In this document: piece by piece, positions 25,149 to 34,466 of the stretch | Layout of the letters: every line of letters begins with the position of its first letter | Numbering within the stretch: the first letter of the stretch is position 1 | IMG/VR virus record: IMGVR_UViG_3300010219_000069 | Location: 1-49,251 of that record | DNA from: a virus | Taxonomy: Duplodnaviria > Caudoviricetes | Length of the DNA stretch: 49,251 nt | Strand: one strand, 5' to 3' | Made by a program: the position numbers and the translations under genes | Notes under the pieces: generated by a model | The model's database searches: none | What the model saw: the letters and a program-made list of their open reading frames with translations, nothing else | What the model was told of the DNA's origin: nothing

Positions 25149-27113
25149 TTAGGGAGTGACGACAGGATCACCCCAGGTGATGTTGTCCATCCACGCGACT
25201 GCGCTGGCACGGCGGCGGGCCCAGTTCATCGTGCGCTCGGCACGGAACGCCACGCTGTTGGTCTGGAACATGGAGACGACCGTCGTTTCGACCGGATCTG
25301 CCGCGCCAGAGTCCTGCGTCGGGTTGTCGACCATCTCGAGCGAGGCTTCCGTCGACATGGCAATATCGACGCCACCTTCATCGGCCAGGTAGATGTCCTC
25401 CGCATTCACGAGCGCCACATAATCGGTCAGGTAGTTCGACACGATGACGGGAAGCTCGAAGAACGTGCCGCCCTGCATGGTGATGCCGGGGAATTCCCGC
25501 TGACCGAGCGGGTTCAGCATCATCATGAGGCGCAGGGCGTAGGTGGCGGACATGATCCAGACGCCGGACTGCAGCGGGTTGTTCGCCGCCACAAAGGCGC
25601 CGATGAGGGCCTGCACGTCCTCACGAACGGCATCCGCACCGGTGGCCGTGCTGTTCGTGACCGCCGTCACCCCATTGAGGATCGAGGCCGGCCGCACGTT
25701 CGGAACCGCGGCGGAGGCAGGGTCGATGAAGGACAGATCAGAGCGTTTGGCGATGGCCTTAGCCAGGGAGTTCCGCAGGAGAACGTCCGACGACGGTGAG
25801 CTGTCGCGGATGAGCTCCATTGTCTGCACGGCAATAGTCGCGATCTTGAGAGGGCTGATCTCGTTCCGGCCGACCGTGAACTTGGTCAGGGGCTTGCCCT
25901 TGCCCTCACCAACCCACTGAGCATCGGTCTCCGAGGTCTCGGAGATGAGGGGCACCCGGAACGGCACGCGAGTCAGCGCTGGGATATTGCCGGTACCGAA
26001 GCGGCCGACAATCGTCATCGGCCGGAGGAACTCCACGAAGTCAGCAAAGCCGCCTTCGTTGCCGATCAGCGCATCCGTATTGGCCGTCGTCATGGCGGAG
26101 ACGGCAGCTTTAACGATATCGACCAGATCCGGATCGGCCTTGCCGTAGATGCCTTCAGCAACACGGTCGATCGGCTGATGGGTCTTGGTGGAGATCGCCA
26201 GGCACTTCGCATAGCGAGCGAAGCGGATGCCCTTCTCGGGTGCGGGCTTGGCGAGCGACACGCCAGAGCGAATGGCCGCGCCCTCTTCTGAGGACTTGAT
26301 CTGGTTGTGCACCACCGGCTTCGCGGAGAGAGCTTGAGCCTTCTCCAGAGCACGGAGGCGCTTCAGGTCGCCGTCGATGGCCGCGACCTCCTGTTCGAGA
26401 GTGTCGAACTCTTCCTGCTCGGCCGTATCGGTCGAACGGCCTTCATCGATGGACTTCTGCATGACCTCGGCCATGCGGGCGGACTTGGCCTGACGCGAGG
26501 CCTCCAGTGCCGCGATCTGTTCAGCAATGGTCTTCATTGCATTCCCTTTCTTCGGGTCGAGATTGATGGACTTGATGGTTTTTCCCGAAGCGCCGGGACG
26601 TGCAGGCCGATCATCTGCCTTGGGCTCCTTGCCGGTCGCGGCGAGCAATGGGGCATCGATCGACTTGATAGTGGAAATCACCGCGTCGGCATTGGCCGGC
26701 ACGGAGACGAGGGACAGCTCGAGCACCTCGGTTTCCGTGAAGCGGATGCCGCCGCCGTCGAGAAAGGCGTATTCGAGAGCGCGGAAGCCGATGGAGACGG
26801 CGCGGACGAGACCGGCCTTGATCTCGCCCCAGGCGGTCTCCACGCGGTCGCGCAGCGGGCCAGGCTCTTCAATCTTCGGAAGGCGAGCCTCGAAGGTGAT
26901 GCCGTCCTTGGTGGGTCTGTCGAAGGTGACGGTGCCGACAGGACGACTGTGATCGTGCTGGTGCAGAAGTGGCATCGGGTTCTTGAACTGGACGCCCAAG
27001 GGTTCCACGATGTCCCCGACCCGGTCAGGATTGGGTGTGGTCGCCACGCCGCGGATAACACGCTGCTCCTCCTCAACAGCTTTGATGTTGAGGACCGAAT
27101 ACATCCGGTTCAT
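25149..27113 (-). CDS. HK97-type prohead protease-major capsid fusion
   Basis: N-terminal U35 protease (DRVGDIV, LLHQHD, VSIGF, ELSLVSVPAN) fused to capsid (AQWVGEG..KP, SMFQTNSVAFRAER). Confidence 0.93.
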   Translation of the reverse strand: MNRMYSVLNIKAVEEEQRVIRGVATTPNPDRVGDIVEPLGVQFKNPMPLLHQHDHSRPVGTVTFDRPTKDGITFEARLPKIEEPGPLRDRVETAWGEIKAGLVRAVSIGFRALEYAFLDGGGIRFTETEVLELSLVSVPANADAVISTIKSIDAPLLAATGKEPKADDRPARPGASGKTIKSINLDPKKGNAMKTIAEQIAALEASRQAKSARMAEVMQKSIDEGRSTDTAEQEEFDTLEQEVAAIDGDLKRLRALEKAQALSAKPVVHNQIKSSEEGAAIRSGVSLAKPAPEKGIRFARYAKCLAISTKTHQPIDRVAEGIYGKADPDLVDIVKAAVSAMTTANTDALIGNEGGFADFVEFLRPMTIVGRFGTGNIPALTRVPFRVPLISETSETDAQWVGEGKGKPLTKFTVGRNEISPLKIATIAVQTMELIRDSSPSSDVLLRNSLAKAIAKRSDLSFIDPASAAVPNVRPASILNGVTAVTNSTATGADAVREDVQALIGAFVAANNPLQSGVWIMSATYALRLMMMLNPLGQREFPGITMQGGTFFELPVIVSNYLTDYVALVNAEDIYLADEGGVDIAMSTEASLEMVDNPTQDSGAADPVETTVVSMFQTNSVAFRAERTMNWARRRASAVAWMDNITWGDPVVTP

Positions 27114-27127
27114 CTGGTAGTTCCTTC

Positions 27128-28798
27128 TCAGCCCAGAATGAGCATCTGGAATTCGGGCTTGCGCACCGGCTCAGGGTTCTTGCTCATCAGAGCCACCGCG
27201 TTGAAAGTCGCCATCAGCGGGTCGATTTTGGCCGAGCCCGCCACCTGTTTCGTGATCGTGATGGCGTTGCCCTTGGGCTCCACCTTCGCATTGCCGACAG
27301 CCCAGGCCATGAGGCGCTGACCGCAATGTGTCAGATCCCCGCTCGCTAGTTTCACCTCGGTCGTCTTGATAGCGCCCTGCAGCTGGTAGCCCTGCGAGAC
27401 ACCCACAACACGGTCCTGTCCCTCGATGCCCTCGGCGGCCATCGCGTCCACGATCATGCCAACGCCCATGGGGTCTAGGCCAACCGTCGCGAGCTTGCCG
27501 GTATCATTGATCGCGGCCACCCGGCTCGCCACATCGGCGAAAGCATTGCGCATGTCGTCAACGACGGTCAGGTCCTTGTCCCTCTCGAAGTCCCGCAGGA
27601 GCGGCGCCGTATCCTTCCGGCGTTCCAGAACCATCTCGTGAGCCCAGGCGTGGGACCAATGCAGCCATTCCCGCGTCACGGCATCCCGGCCGATGACGGA
27701 CATAGCCAGAAGGTCGTCGAGGCCGCCGCCGTCGATGCCGACCGTCACCACCTCAGACCGTTCAAGCAGTTCCTCGAGCGTCAGGTCCGGATTCCCCTGC
27801 CCTTCCCAATAATCCGCCCCGATCCACCGGTCTGAGCGGAGCGAAAGCCCGATCTCGACATTCAGATGTTTGGACAGGAAGCCCCGCAGGGACTCCTCGC
27901 CGGTCTGCGCGGCCTTGTCGAACTCTCGCTCGAGAAACTCCGCATCGACCGAGGCCCCCAAGTTGGGGTTCGTGACGTAGAAGTTCGCCTTGTCTTTGTG
28001 CGATCCGGCGTCAAGCATCCCCTTCGGAAACTCGTACAGAACGGGCAGGAACCGCTTGTCCTTGATCAGCCCGTCGCGCACGCCGCGCGCATAGTTCAAT
28101 TTCTGCCGGAACACGCCCGCCGGCGGATCATCCGATTGCGTCGTGGCATAGATCACGAAGCCTTCAGGACGGGATGCCAGGCCGCCGATGGCCTCGCGCA
28201 GCATGTTCTCCGCATTCGCCCGCTTGCCGAAGAGCCAGAGCTCGTCAATCAGGGTGCCGATCGCCTTCTTGCCCGAAACCGTATCACTGTCGGCCGCCAC
28301 GACCTTCAGAGTCGCCTTCGTCTGCCGGTGCGTGATCGTCCGGATATGCTCCTGCACGTGCAGGAGGTCATTCAACTCCGCGTCGGCCCGGATCATGTCG
28401 CGGGCGGGGAAGAAGCTGTTGTTCGCGACCTCGATGGTCGGCGCGATGATCTGGAACTCGCCGCTCGAGCGCCAGTTGCGGAGGAGCGCCGTCATCATGA
28501 TGCCGGAAGCCCCTGTCGACTTGGCGTTCTTCTTGCTGATCAGCAGGAAGTATTCCGTGATCAGCCGGCGCCCGGTCTCCGCGTCATAGGATCCGAAGAT
28601 CGCCGCCACGAAATCCTTGAGCCATGGCATCGCCGCCTCGCCCATCGTCGGGCTGCCAGGCGCATCCACGATCCGAAGCTGGTTGAATACGCCGAGAGCC
28701 GCCTCAGCCTCCGCCGGGAACAGCGGGGCGAACGGGATCAGGCTCTCACGATTGACGATCCTCCTCTCCCAATCCGGGCAGGCAGTGGTCCACTCCAT
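27128..28798 (-). CDS. terL: Terminase large subunit
   Basis: ISKKNAKST Walker A, LIDELW Walker B, GIDGGGLDD and KIDPLMA nuclease motifs. Confidence 0.95.
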   Translation of the reverse strand: MEWTTACPDWERRIVNRESLIPFAPLFPAEAEAALGVFNQLRIVDAPGSPTMGEAAMPWLKDFVAAIFGSYDAETGRRLITEYFLLISKKNAKSTGASGIMMTALLRNWRSSGEFQIIAPTIEVANNSFFPARDMIRADAELNDLLHVQEHIRTITHRQTKATLKVVAADSDTVSGKKAIGTLIDELWLFGKRANAENMLREAIGGLASRPEGFVIYATTQSDDPPAGVFRQKLNYARGVRDGLIKDKRFLPVLYEFPKGMLDAGSHKDKANFYVTNPNLGASVDAEFLEREFDKAAQTGEESLRGFLSKHLNVEIGLSLRSDRWIGADYWEGQGNPDLTLEELLERSEVVTVGIDGGGLDDLLAMSVIGRDAVTREWLHWSHAWAHEMVLERRKDTAPLLRDFERDKDLTVVDDMRNAFADVASRVAAINDTGKLATVGLDPMGVGMIVDAMAAEGIEGQDRVVGVSQGYQLQGAIKTTEVKLASGDLTHCGQRLMAWAVGNAKVEPKGNAITITKQVAGSAKIDPLMATFNAVALMSKNPEPVRKPEFQMLILG

Positions 28799-28801
28799 GG
28801 G

Positions 28802-29350
28802 CTATCGATTGTCCACAACGAGCTTCGGCGGGGCCGGGGGCGCGAACTTGCCCTTGGCGGCCTCCTTGGCAGCATCTTCTCGCTGTTCCTTCTTGCCCTT
28901 TTCACCCTCGGTCTCTTTGAGAGCACCGAGGGCCTGGGCGATCGTCTTCAGGGTCATCGAGCGGGCCGGCAGGCTCACGGCACGCATCATAGCCGTGCGG
29001 CGCCGGGTGTTGCTGTCGTCTGCGGTCTCGTCCTCGATCAGGTCCTCGATCTCACCGATGTGAGCAGTCGTGGCATCCAGCTCATCGAGCAGGCGTAAAG
29101 CCAGGTCCCGCCCGATCTTGAGAGGATCGGTCTCCCGTACTTGCGAACCACCTCCAGCCGGGCGGATGGGCGGCAGAATGGTCGCCAAAGGTTGGTGCGC
29201 AGCCTTCTTTTCGGTGCGCACCCAGCCTTCAGCGGCCGCCTTCTTCCGAATGGCCGACTCCGAAACACCGAATTTCTTGGCAATCTGGCGATTTGAAAGG
29301 GATCCGGCGCGATAGGCAGCCTCGATCTCCTCCCAGTTTTTCTTGCTCAT
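28802..29350 (-). CDS. Terminase small subunit (putative)
   Basis: N-terminal HTH (WEEIEAAYRAG...IAKKFGVSESAIRK); C-terminal GKKEQ...KFAPPAPP; directly upstream of terL. Confidence 0.8.
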   Translation of the reverse strand: MSKKNWEEIEAAYRAGSLSNRQIAKKFGVSESAIRKKAAAEGWVRTEKKAAHQPLATILPPIRPAGGGSQVRETDPLKIGRDLALRLLDELDATTAHIGEIEDLIEDETADDSNTRRRTAMMRAVSLPARSMTLKTIAQALGALKETEGEKGKKEQREDAAKEAAKGKFAPPAPPKLVVDNR

Positions 29351-29379
29351 AATCCCACCGCGCACGTGAAAGTGCGCAC

Positions 29380-29470
29380 CTCAAACGATCCAGAGGGGAA
29401 AAATTCTGCGCGTGCGCCCCCGGCCGGTAATCCCCCCATCGGGCGCTCTGAACTTTGCCTACCCCCCCCG
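29380..29470. other. Probable cos / packaging region
   Basis: Between HNH and terS, with G/C runs (minus strand GGGGGGGGTAGG...GCGCAGAATTTTT) typical of HK97-like 3'-cos phages; cut site not determinable. Confidence 0.5.
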
Positions 29471-29471
29471 G

Positions 29472-29837
29472 TCATCGAGCGAGGCGCTTGGCCCTCTCGG
29501 CTGCCGTCTTGGTGTTGTGGCAGGGCAGACACATCAGCTTGATGTTGCCTCGATCGAAGGGAGCGCCACCGTCCTTCAGTTCCTTGATGTGGTCGCCGAT
29601 GATGCGGAGCGCCTTACCCTTGTCGTCATGGGATCTGCCGCACTCCTCGCAGGCGTTGCCTCTCTCTCGCTTGATGGCAGCGACCAGACCGCGCCACGCT
29701 GGGGAGGTGTAGATCTCGTCCGGTGTCTTCGGCGGGAGCTTGGCTACCCTCATGTCGAGAGGGGCAAGCGTGGGGCCGATGGTCTTGAGCGGGGCTCGTT
29801 CCCTTGGCCTGTGCTTGTAGTCTAGGGGCTTGGGCAT
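29472..29837 (-). CDS. HNH endonuclease, packaging-associated (gp74-like)
   Basis: CEECG...DHIKEL..GG...N...C..CH..KT; adjacent to terS. Confidence 0.88.
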   Translation of the reverse strand: MPKPLDYKHRPRERAPLKTIGPTLAPLDMRVAKLPPKTPDEIYTSPAWRGLVAAIKRERGNACEECGRSHDDKGKALRIIGDHIKELKDGGAPFDRGNIKLMCLPCHNTKTAAERAKRLAR

Positions 29838-30083
29838 TCAGGCCTGCGGGCTTGGCCACATAAAGGGTTCATCCGATCGGGCTCGCCGCCATCGGGTCTC
29901 TTTGATCCACCAACCGGGCGAATAGGCTGCGCCGGGTGGGCGGGTGTCCACCTCTCGCTCTTCCTCCACCTCCATGATGAGGCGACCGAAGAACCATGTA
30001 GAGCGAACGCGCCACCTGCCTGTTGCTTTCCAGAGGCGGGCTAGATCAGGGTGTCTCGGCACAGGCGGTTTCTCAGTAGGCAT
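29838..30083 (-). CDS. Hypothetical protein
   Basis: Coupled ORF directly upstream of the HNH gene. Confidence 0.5.
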   Translation of the reverse strand: MPTEKPPVPRHPDLARLWKATGRWRVRSTWFFGRLIMEVEEEREVDTRPPGAAYSPGWWIKETRWRRARSDEPFMWPSPQA

Positions 30084-30203
30084 GTCAGGCCAGGTGAATG
30101 TCTCGGGCGATGATGAGCATCTGATCCCGCAGCATCTCTGAACGCTGAAGTTCCTCGGTATTTTCCCGAAGTGTTAGCCTCAGGAAGCGATAGAGCAGTT
30201 CCA

Positions 30204-30698
30204 TCACGCAGCCCTTGCAAACTCACCGAAGTAGGTCTGAGCAGCGGCGACATATGCCTCATGGGCTTGCCGCTCTGTAGGGAAGCAGCCAATATGGATC
30301 AAGCGGCCGTCCACCCGGATCTTGGCAACGTACCAACCGTCCTTGCGTCGAAGATAGGCGCCCTTCAGGCCCTGCCGCATTCCCTTACGGTTCCGGCAGT
30401 TGTCCTTGTGTGATGCCTCGCGCAGGTTCGCGATCCTGTTATTGAGCGGGTTTCCGTCGATGTGGTCGACATATTCACGCGGCCACTCACCGTAGGTCAT
30501 GAACCAAGCCACGCGATGGGCGCCGTATGCTTTACCGCCAATCCGGATGTAGGCATGTCCGTTCTGAGGGTTCGGGCATCCTGCTCGGCTACCGGCCGGG
30601 ATGTTATAGGCAGGGCTTACCTTCCACGTGAACTCACCCGTCTCCGGGTCATAGCTCAGCACATCGTGGAGGTTGTCCAACGTTGCTCTGACAATCAC
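30204..30698 (-). CDS. HNH homing endonuclease with AP2-like C-terminal domain
   Basis: YDPETGEFTW, AHRVAW..GEWP..VDHIDGNPLNNRIANLR, WYVAKI..G...IG.F.T...AHEAY; start uncertain. Confidence 0.88.
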   Translation of the reverse strand: MIVRATLDNLHDVLSYDPETGEFTWKVSPAYNIPAGSRAGCPNPQNGHAYIRIGGKAYGAHRVAWFMTYGEWPREYVDHIDGNPLNNRIANLREASHKDNCRNRKGMRQGLKGAYLRRKDGWYVAKIRVDGRLIHIGCFPTERQAHEAYVAAAQTYFGEFARAA

Positions 30699-30848
30699 TG
30701 GTTCTCTCTCAGGGAGAGGGTGAGGAAGCGGCGAAGGGTGTCCATGGGGCACTGTGGATAGCGCGGAGTAGTGTGGATTGCGGTACGTGGGCTTTGTTTC
30801 TCACCAGCCTTCTGGGAGGATGTTCCTGCCAATTAGAAGGAGAATCGA

Positions 30849-31055
30849 ATGGCAAGAAACCCAGCGCAGCATATTCTGGATGCCGAGGCCGCTATTGCTC
30901 AACGAAAGAAGCAAATTGCTGGTGAAGCCGAAGATAAGCGCCAGCCGATCGCGATTGAGGCTATAGCGGACGAACTCACAATGCTCCGTGCCGAGATCAA
31001 ATACCTCCGTGAAGCCATGGCTGTGATTGCCGCCTCTTTGGCTCATCGCCGGTAG
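30849..31055 (+). CDS. Small coiled-coil hypothetical protein
   Basis: AGGAG RBS; antisense to the late operon. Confidence 0.55.
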   Translation: MARNPAQHILDAEAAIAQRKKQIAGEAEDKRQPIAIEAIADELTMLRAEIKYLREAMAVIAASLAHRR

Positions 31056-31218
31056 CAGGTACTACCTCAACAGCCCCAGCCTCTCGGCCATGCTCTCTTC
31101 CACGTAGAGGTTGGGGCGTATCTCGACCATGAGACAGCCGTCATCTCGGATGTGGCGCTTGCGAAATCTTGTCTTTGGCATAGGCTTGGCGGGATCGGAC
31201 AATTGATCCGTTCGAAAT

Positions 31219-31452
31219 TTGGGGCAATCAAACGTGTTCTTGACCATTTATCGGGTCGCTTACATCGCGATTACGCTAGCGATTGTGATCACTGATTATC
31301 GTAAAGACGGCGATCTATTCAGAGCGGCGTACTTCTTCGTGCTCATCGCGGTGGGAATGGAAGCCTTCCACTGGGTGCTTCAACTCAGAAGCTGGGCTCG
31401 CGTCCGGATGAATGAGTGGCGTAAATCTCGCACGCGGCAGGCAAAGCAGTAG
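31219..31452 (+). CDS. Small 2-TM membrane protein
   Basis: Two hydrophobic segments; followed by a hairpin; start uncertain. Confidence 0.45.
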   Translation: MGQSNVFLTIYRVAYIAITLAIVITDYRKDGDLFRAAYFFVLIAVGMEAFHWVLQLRSWARVRMNEWRKSRTRQAKQ

Positions 31453-31481
31453 AAAGCCCCGCGCGATCATCTCGCCGGGGC
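31453..31481 (-). terminator. Terminator-like hairpin closing the late leader
   Basis: Minus strand GCCCCG...CGGGGC-TTTCT. Confidence 0.5.
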
Positions 31482-31609
31482 AAATTTCTTGCAGGCTTCG
31501 CACTCTGAGGGACAGCGGCCGTGGCTCCATCCCTCTCACGCGGTCGTAGCTCAAAGCCCAATCGGGCGAGCACACTGCACCACAAGAATATGTGAAGGTA
31601 TAACTAGCA

Positions 31610-32230
31610 TCAGGCAGCTAGGGTTTCAAGCTTCTCGAAGACGTTTGTCAACAAGAGCTTCTCGCCTTCCACAAGACCTGAGTGGATCGCCGGAAAATGG
31701 CCGAGGACTTCGCCCTTATACCAGAGGGCGGCGACGAGATTGCCCCGCAACTTGTCGGCAAACCGTTGGAGTTGCTTCACACTGAACGGGCCCATGACGC
31801 GATAGAAGGGGCGATCCCGAACCATACGGGCGTCATAGACGACCTCCCTTCCCTCCTCGTCCCTGGCAGTGAACGGCTGATCGCCAGCAACGACCCGGTC
31901 GTGATAGGCCCAAAGCTCCTGATGGCCGCATTTGCCGGGATCGACACCGACGAAGAGATAGCCTGCCGCCGGACGCTTACCGACCTCGTACACTCTGCCG
32001 CGCCGCCTTACGAGGTCCGGCTCTACCGGCCTATAGGTGACAAATCCGGCTTGCTCTAAGCCTTGCTGCACCTTTGCTTCAGCCTGGGAGTTGACGCGCA
32101 CGACGTACCATTTGCGGCTCTCGTCAATGACGACCTTGAGGCGTTCCAGGCGGATGAAGTGCGTGGGCGTCACCTTCGGCGTCTCAAGCCGATGGCGGGT
32201 GTGCTTCTTGCGGCGGTTCTTCTTAGCCAT
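31610..32230 (-). CDS. NusG-family (NGN domain) antiterminator at the Q position
   Basis: KWYVVRVNSQAEAKV...L...GF..YRP...PAAGYLFV NGN signature; last gene before the late operon. Confidence 0.82.
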   Translation of the reverse strand: MAKKNRRKKHTRHRLETPKVTPTHFIRLERLKVVIDESRKWYVVRVNSQAEAKVQQGLEQAGFVTYRPVEPDLVRRRGRVYEVGKRPAAGYLFVGVDPGKCGHQELWAYHDRVVAGDQPFTARDEEGREVVYDARMVRDRPFYRVMGPFSVKQLQRFADKLRGNLVAALWYKGEVLGHFPAIHSGLVEGEKLLLTNVFEKLETLAA

Positions 32231-32297
32231 GTGCGGGGGCTCTCACTGGTTAAGGGTTAGCGGGGATCGGCAGACAGCTGGAAGCGGGGGAGATTGG

Positions 32298-32627
32298 TCA
32301 TGCTGCCTTCCGTTGAATGTGGGCGAGAAGTTCAGACGGCGTGCATCCGCGATAGCGCTTGCAGATGCGGAAGACGTGTGCGCGGGAGATGCCGAGGCGC
32401 TCTTTGATGGTCGCCGCCGTAAGCCCCTGCTCGAGGAGCTTGATCACCTTCGCATGATCGTGCTCGGCACGACGGCCGGGCTTCGCCTGGACTGTGACGC
32501 CCCTCGTGTACCTGACCGCCGTGCTGCGGCTGATGTCGAACTCGGCTTCCAAATCGGTCAGGGACTTGCCGGCCCATTTCGCGGCCCTGATCTCGGCCGC
32601 GATTTCATGAGGTGCGCGATAGGTCAT
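32298..32627 (-). CDS. Double-HTH DNA-binding protein
   Basis: GKSLTDLEAEFDISRSTA and GLTAATIKERLGISRAHVFR. Confidence 0.72.
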   Translation of the reverse strand: MTYRAPHEIAAEIRAAKWAGKSLTDLEAEFDISRSTAVRYTRGVTVQAKPGRRAEHDHAKVIKLLEQGLTAATIKERLGISRAHVFRICKRYRGCTPSELLAHIQRKAA

Positions 32628-32869
32628 GCCGCCCTTCCCCTCTTCATCACTTCGATGATCTTCGCGAGGCCGGCGCCGATCGTGACGGGCGTCTTGGCCT
32701 CTTCCTTCAGGCGTTCCAGAAGCTGGAAGGGTGTCTCCTTCGGCTTGGCGGCTTCCCGGGTGTTCATCTCTGGCCTCACAACCTCTTCCCAGAACCGGAC
32801 AGCGCGGGCGCGCTGCTCCGGGGTGGCCTCGTCATTCAGCGGCGGCATTCTCGGCCTCCTGCAGCTCAC
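32624..32869 (-). CDS. Hypothetical protein
   Basis: Coupled ORF ending in RAA; start uncertain. Confidence 0.5.
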   Translation of the reverse strand: MSCRRPRMPPLNDEATPEQRARAVRFWEEVVRPEMNTREAAKPKETPFQLLERLKEEAKTPVTIGAGLAKIIEVMKRGRAA

Positions 32870-33614
32870 GTAGCCCCGCGAGGATCCCCTTGCCTGGGCT
32901 CTTCAGGATCCGCTCTTTGCGGGCTTGCTCCTCGGGGGTTTCCGCCTGGCGCTTCGGCTTGCCGGGGCCGCGGTCTTCGGGGCTCGCGGTTTCAGCAATG
33001 CGCCGCGTCAGCTCTTCCAGGCGCTTGCGGCGCTCGGCCATCTCCGCTTCGCTCGGCGGCTGGTAGCCCTCAGCGTCGAGAACCAGCTGCAGACCGGCCC
33101 TCTGGCCCATGGCGGCCATCGTCAGGTTTTTCGCGCAATCGTGCAGGACGCGCTCGGGCGGCGGGAAGGAGGCGTCATGCTCGCGGCCGATCTCGCCCTT
33201 GAGCCAGCGGGCGTAGGCCTCGCGGACGGCCCAGGCCGGGAAGTCGCGCAGTACGATCCGGTAGCCCTCCATGCGGGCGCGCATCATGTCGTCGTCCTGG
33301 CGGGCCGTGGCATATCGGACGATGATGGCGCCGATGGTCGCGTCGATGTCCTTGACCGGACCCGGCTGCACCATCAAGTCGAGTTCTGCGACCCTACGCT
33401 CGATAAACGCCCGCTGCGTCTGGTTCGGCATCGATGAAGCCGGAAGCGTGACGACCTTTCGGCCATGCGTCCCGATCCGGTACGCGTCGTTCTTCCTCAG
33501 GTCCATGCACTTCTGGTTCAGCGTCATAGCCCATGAGGGCAGCGACTCGAGCCGCGGTGCCTTCGGGTCGAGCGGCGGGATAGGTTCGACCGTTGCGAGC
33601 TGGTTGCTGGGCAT
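32832..33614 (-). CDS. Replication-associated protein (P/loader position)
   Basis: Y...LRDFPAWAV..A..RW......FPP pattern; GAGGA RBS; follows the initiator. Confidence 0.6.
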   Translation of the reverse strand: MPSNQLATVEPIPPLDPKAPRLESLPSWAMTLNQKCMDLRKNDAYRIGTHGRKVVTLPASSMPNQTQRAFIERRVAELDLMVQPGPVKDIDATIGAIIVRYATARQDDDMMRARMEGYRIVLRDFPAWAVREAYARWLKGEIGREHDASFPPPERVLHDCAKNLTMAAMGQRAGLQLVLDAEGYQPPSEAEMAERRKRLEELTRRIAETASPEDRGPGKPKRQAETPEEQARKERILKSPGKGILAGLRELQEAENAAAE

Positions 33615-34206
33615 TTTTCGTTCCTCGGGAGTTGAGCATCACGCTCCGGGCGTAGCTGAAGGGGTCGCGGGTTCCGGCATGCAGGGCAGCGTCGATGCCC
33701 TGCTTCACGACATCGGGCGGATGGTCTTTCAGCGCCTTGCCGATCCATTTGCCCACGGCTTCCTCGGACCGCCCCGACAGGTCTGCCAGGGCAGCCTTCG
33801 AGTTCCAGATCTGGTCGTTGATCGAAACTTCCGGTGCGCTGCCGGCAGGCTGCGCCGATGCGTCAGCATCGGAACTGGTGGGAGGTAAGGAGGGGGTTTG
33901 AGTTATATCTTTGGGGGAACCATCGGAGGGAGGGACACTGTTACCGTGCTGTGACTGCAACGTGCCTGTAACGTTACCGTCACGTGACATGATGGCATCA
34001 TCAGCAATGACACCCTTCTTCTTCTGGCGGCTTCTGGCCGTGCGCTCGCGCTGGTTCTGCTTGCGAGCTTTCTCCTCGGCTTCCTTCTCGGCTCGCATTG
34101 TCTCATAGGCCACGCGCTGGCTGTCGAAGGCCTCGACAGCGATCTTGATCATCTCAGGCGTTGCGCCTGCTTCGACCAGACGGGATACGAGCTCAGCAAC
34201 AGTCAT
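33394..34206 (-). CDS. Putative replication initiator (O position) carrying internal iterons
   Basis: LVEAGATPE...RERTARSR, low-complexity VT-rich linker, C-terminal IGKALK...DPFSY domain. Confidence 0.65.
   Translation of the reverse strand: MTVAELVSRLVEAGATPEMIKIAVEAFDSQRVAYETMRAEKEAEEKARKQNQRERTARSRQKKKGVIADDAIMSRDGNVTGTLQSQHGNSVPPSDGSPKDITQTPSLPPTSSDADASAQPAGSAPEVSINDQIWNSKAALADLSGRSEEAVGKWIGKALKDHPPDVVKQGIDAALHAGTRDPFSYARSVMLNSRGTKNAQQPARNGRTYPAARPEGTAARVAALMGYDAEPEVHGPEEERRVPDRDAWPKGRHASGFIDAEPDAAGVYRA
33897..33992. repeat. Putative phage origin: five degenerate 11-bp repeats plus AT-rich patch
   Basis: 33938 ctgttaccgtg/ctgtgactgca/acgtgcctgta/acgttaccgtc/acgtgacatga; TTTGAGTTATATCTTT at 33897. 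Confidence 0.55.
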
Positions 34207-34466
34207 GCTGCACCTCGCTTGCTGGCGATGAATGCCCGCACGTCCTCTTCGTTGGCCTTCAACCAGCGGAGGGTTTCAACGGCAGCCTCAAGGGCCGGCT
34301 GAGAGCGGAGCGTGTTGAGACGATCCAGCTCAATCGTCTCGCGCTCGGCAGGCTTCAGACGGTCACTCATCAACCGGCGCTCGGAGGCTTCCAAGAAGCT
34401 ACGGCGCGAGAGCATGTGGCAGGCGAGAGCGCTGATCTGGGCGTCGAGAGAGGGACGGTCGCTCAT
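34203..34466 (-). CDS. Hypothetical protein
   Basis: MSDRPSLDAQI...LEAAVETLRWL; coupled. Confidence 0.65.
   Translation of the reverse strand: MSDRPSLDAQISALACHMLSRRSFLEASERRLMSDRLKPAERETIELDRLNTLRSQPALEAAVETLRWLKANEEDVRAFIASKRGAA

Noticed and set aside
12003-29098. Long plus-strand ORFs (e.g. 12003-13160, 16828-17913, 19581-20774, 27866-29098)
   Set aside because: Antisense shadows of well-supported structural genes in GC-rich DNA, with no recognisable motifs
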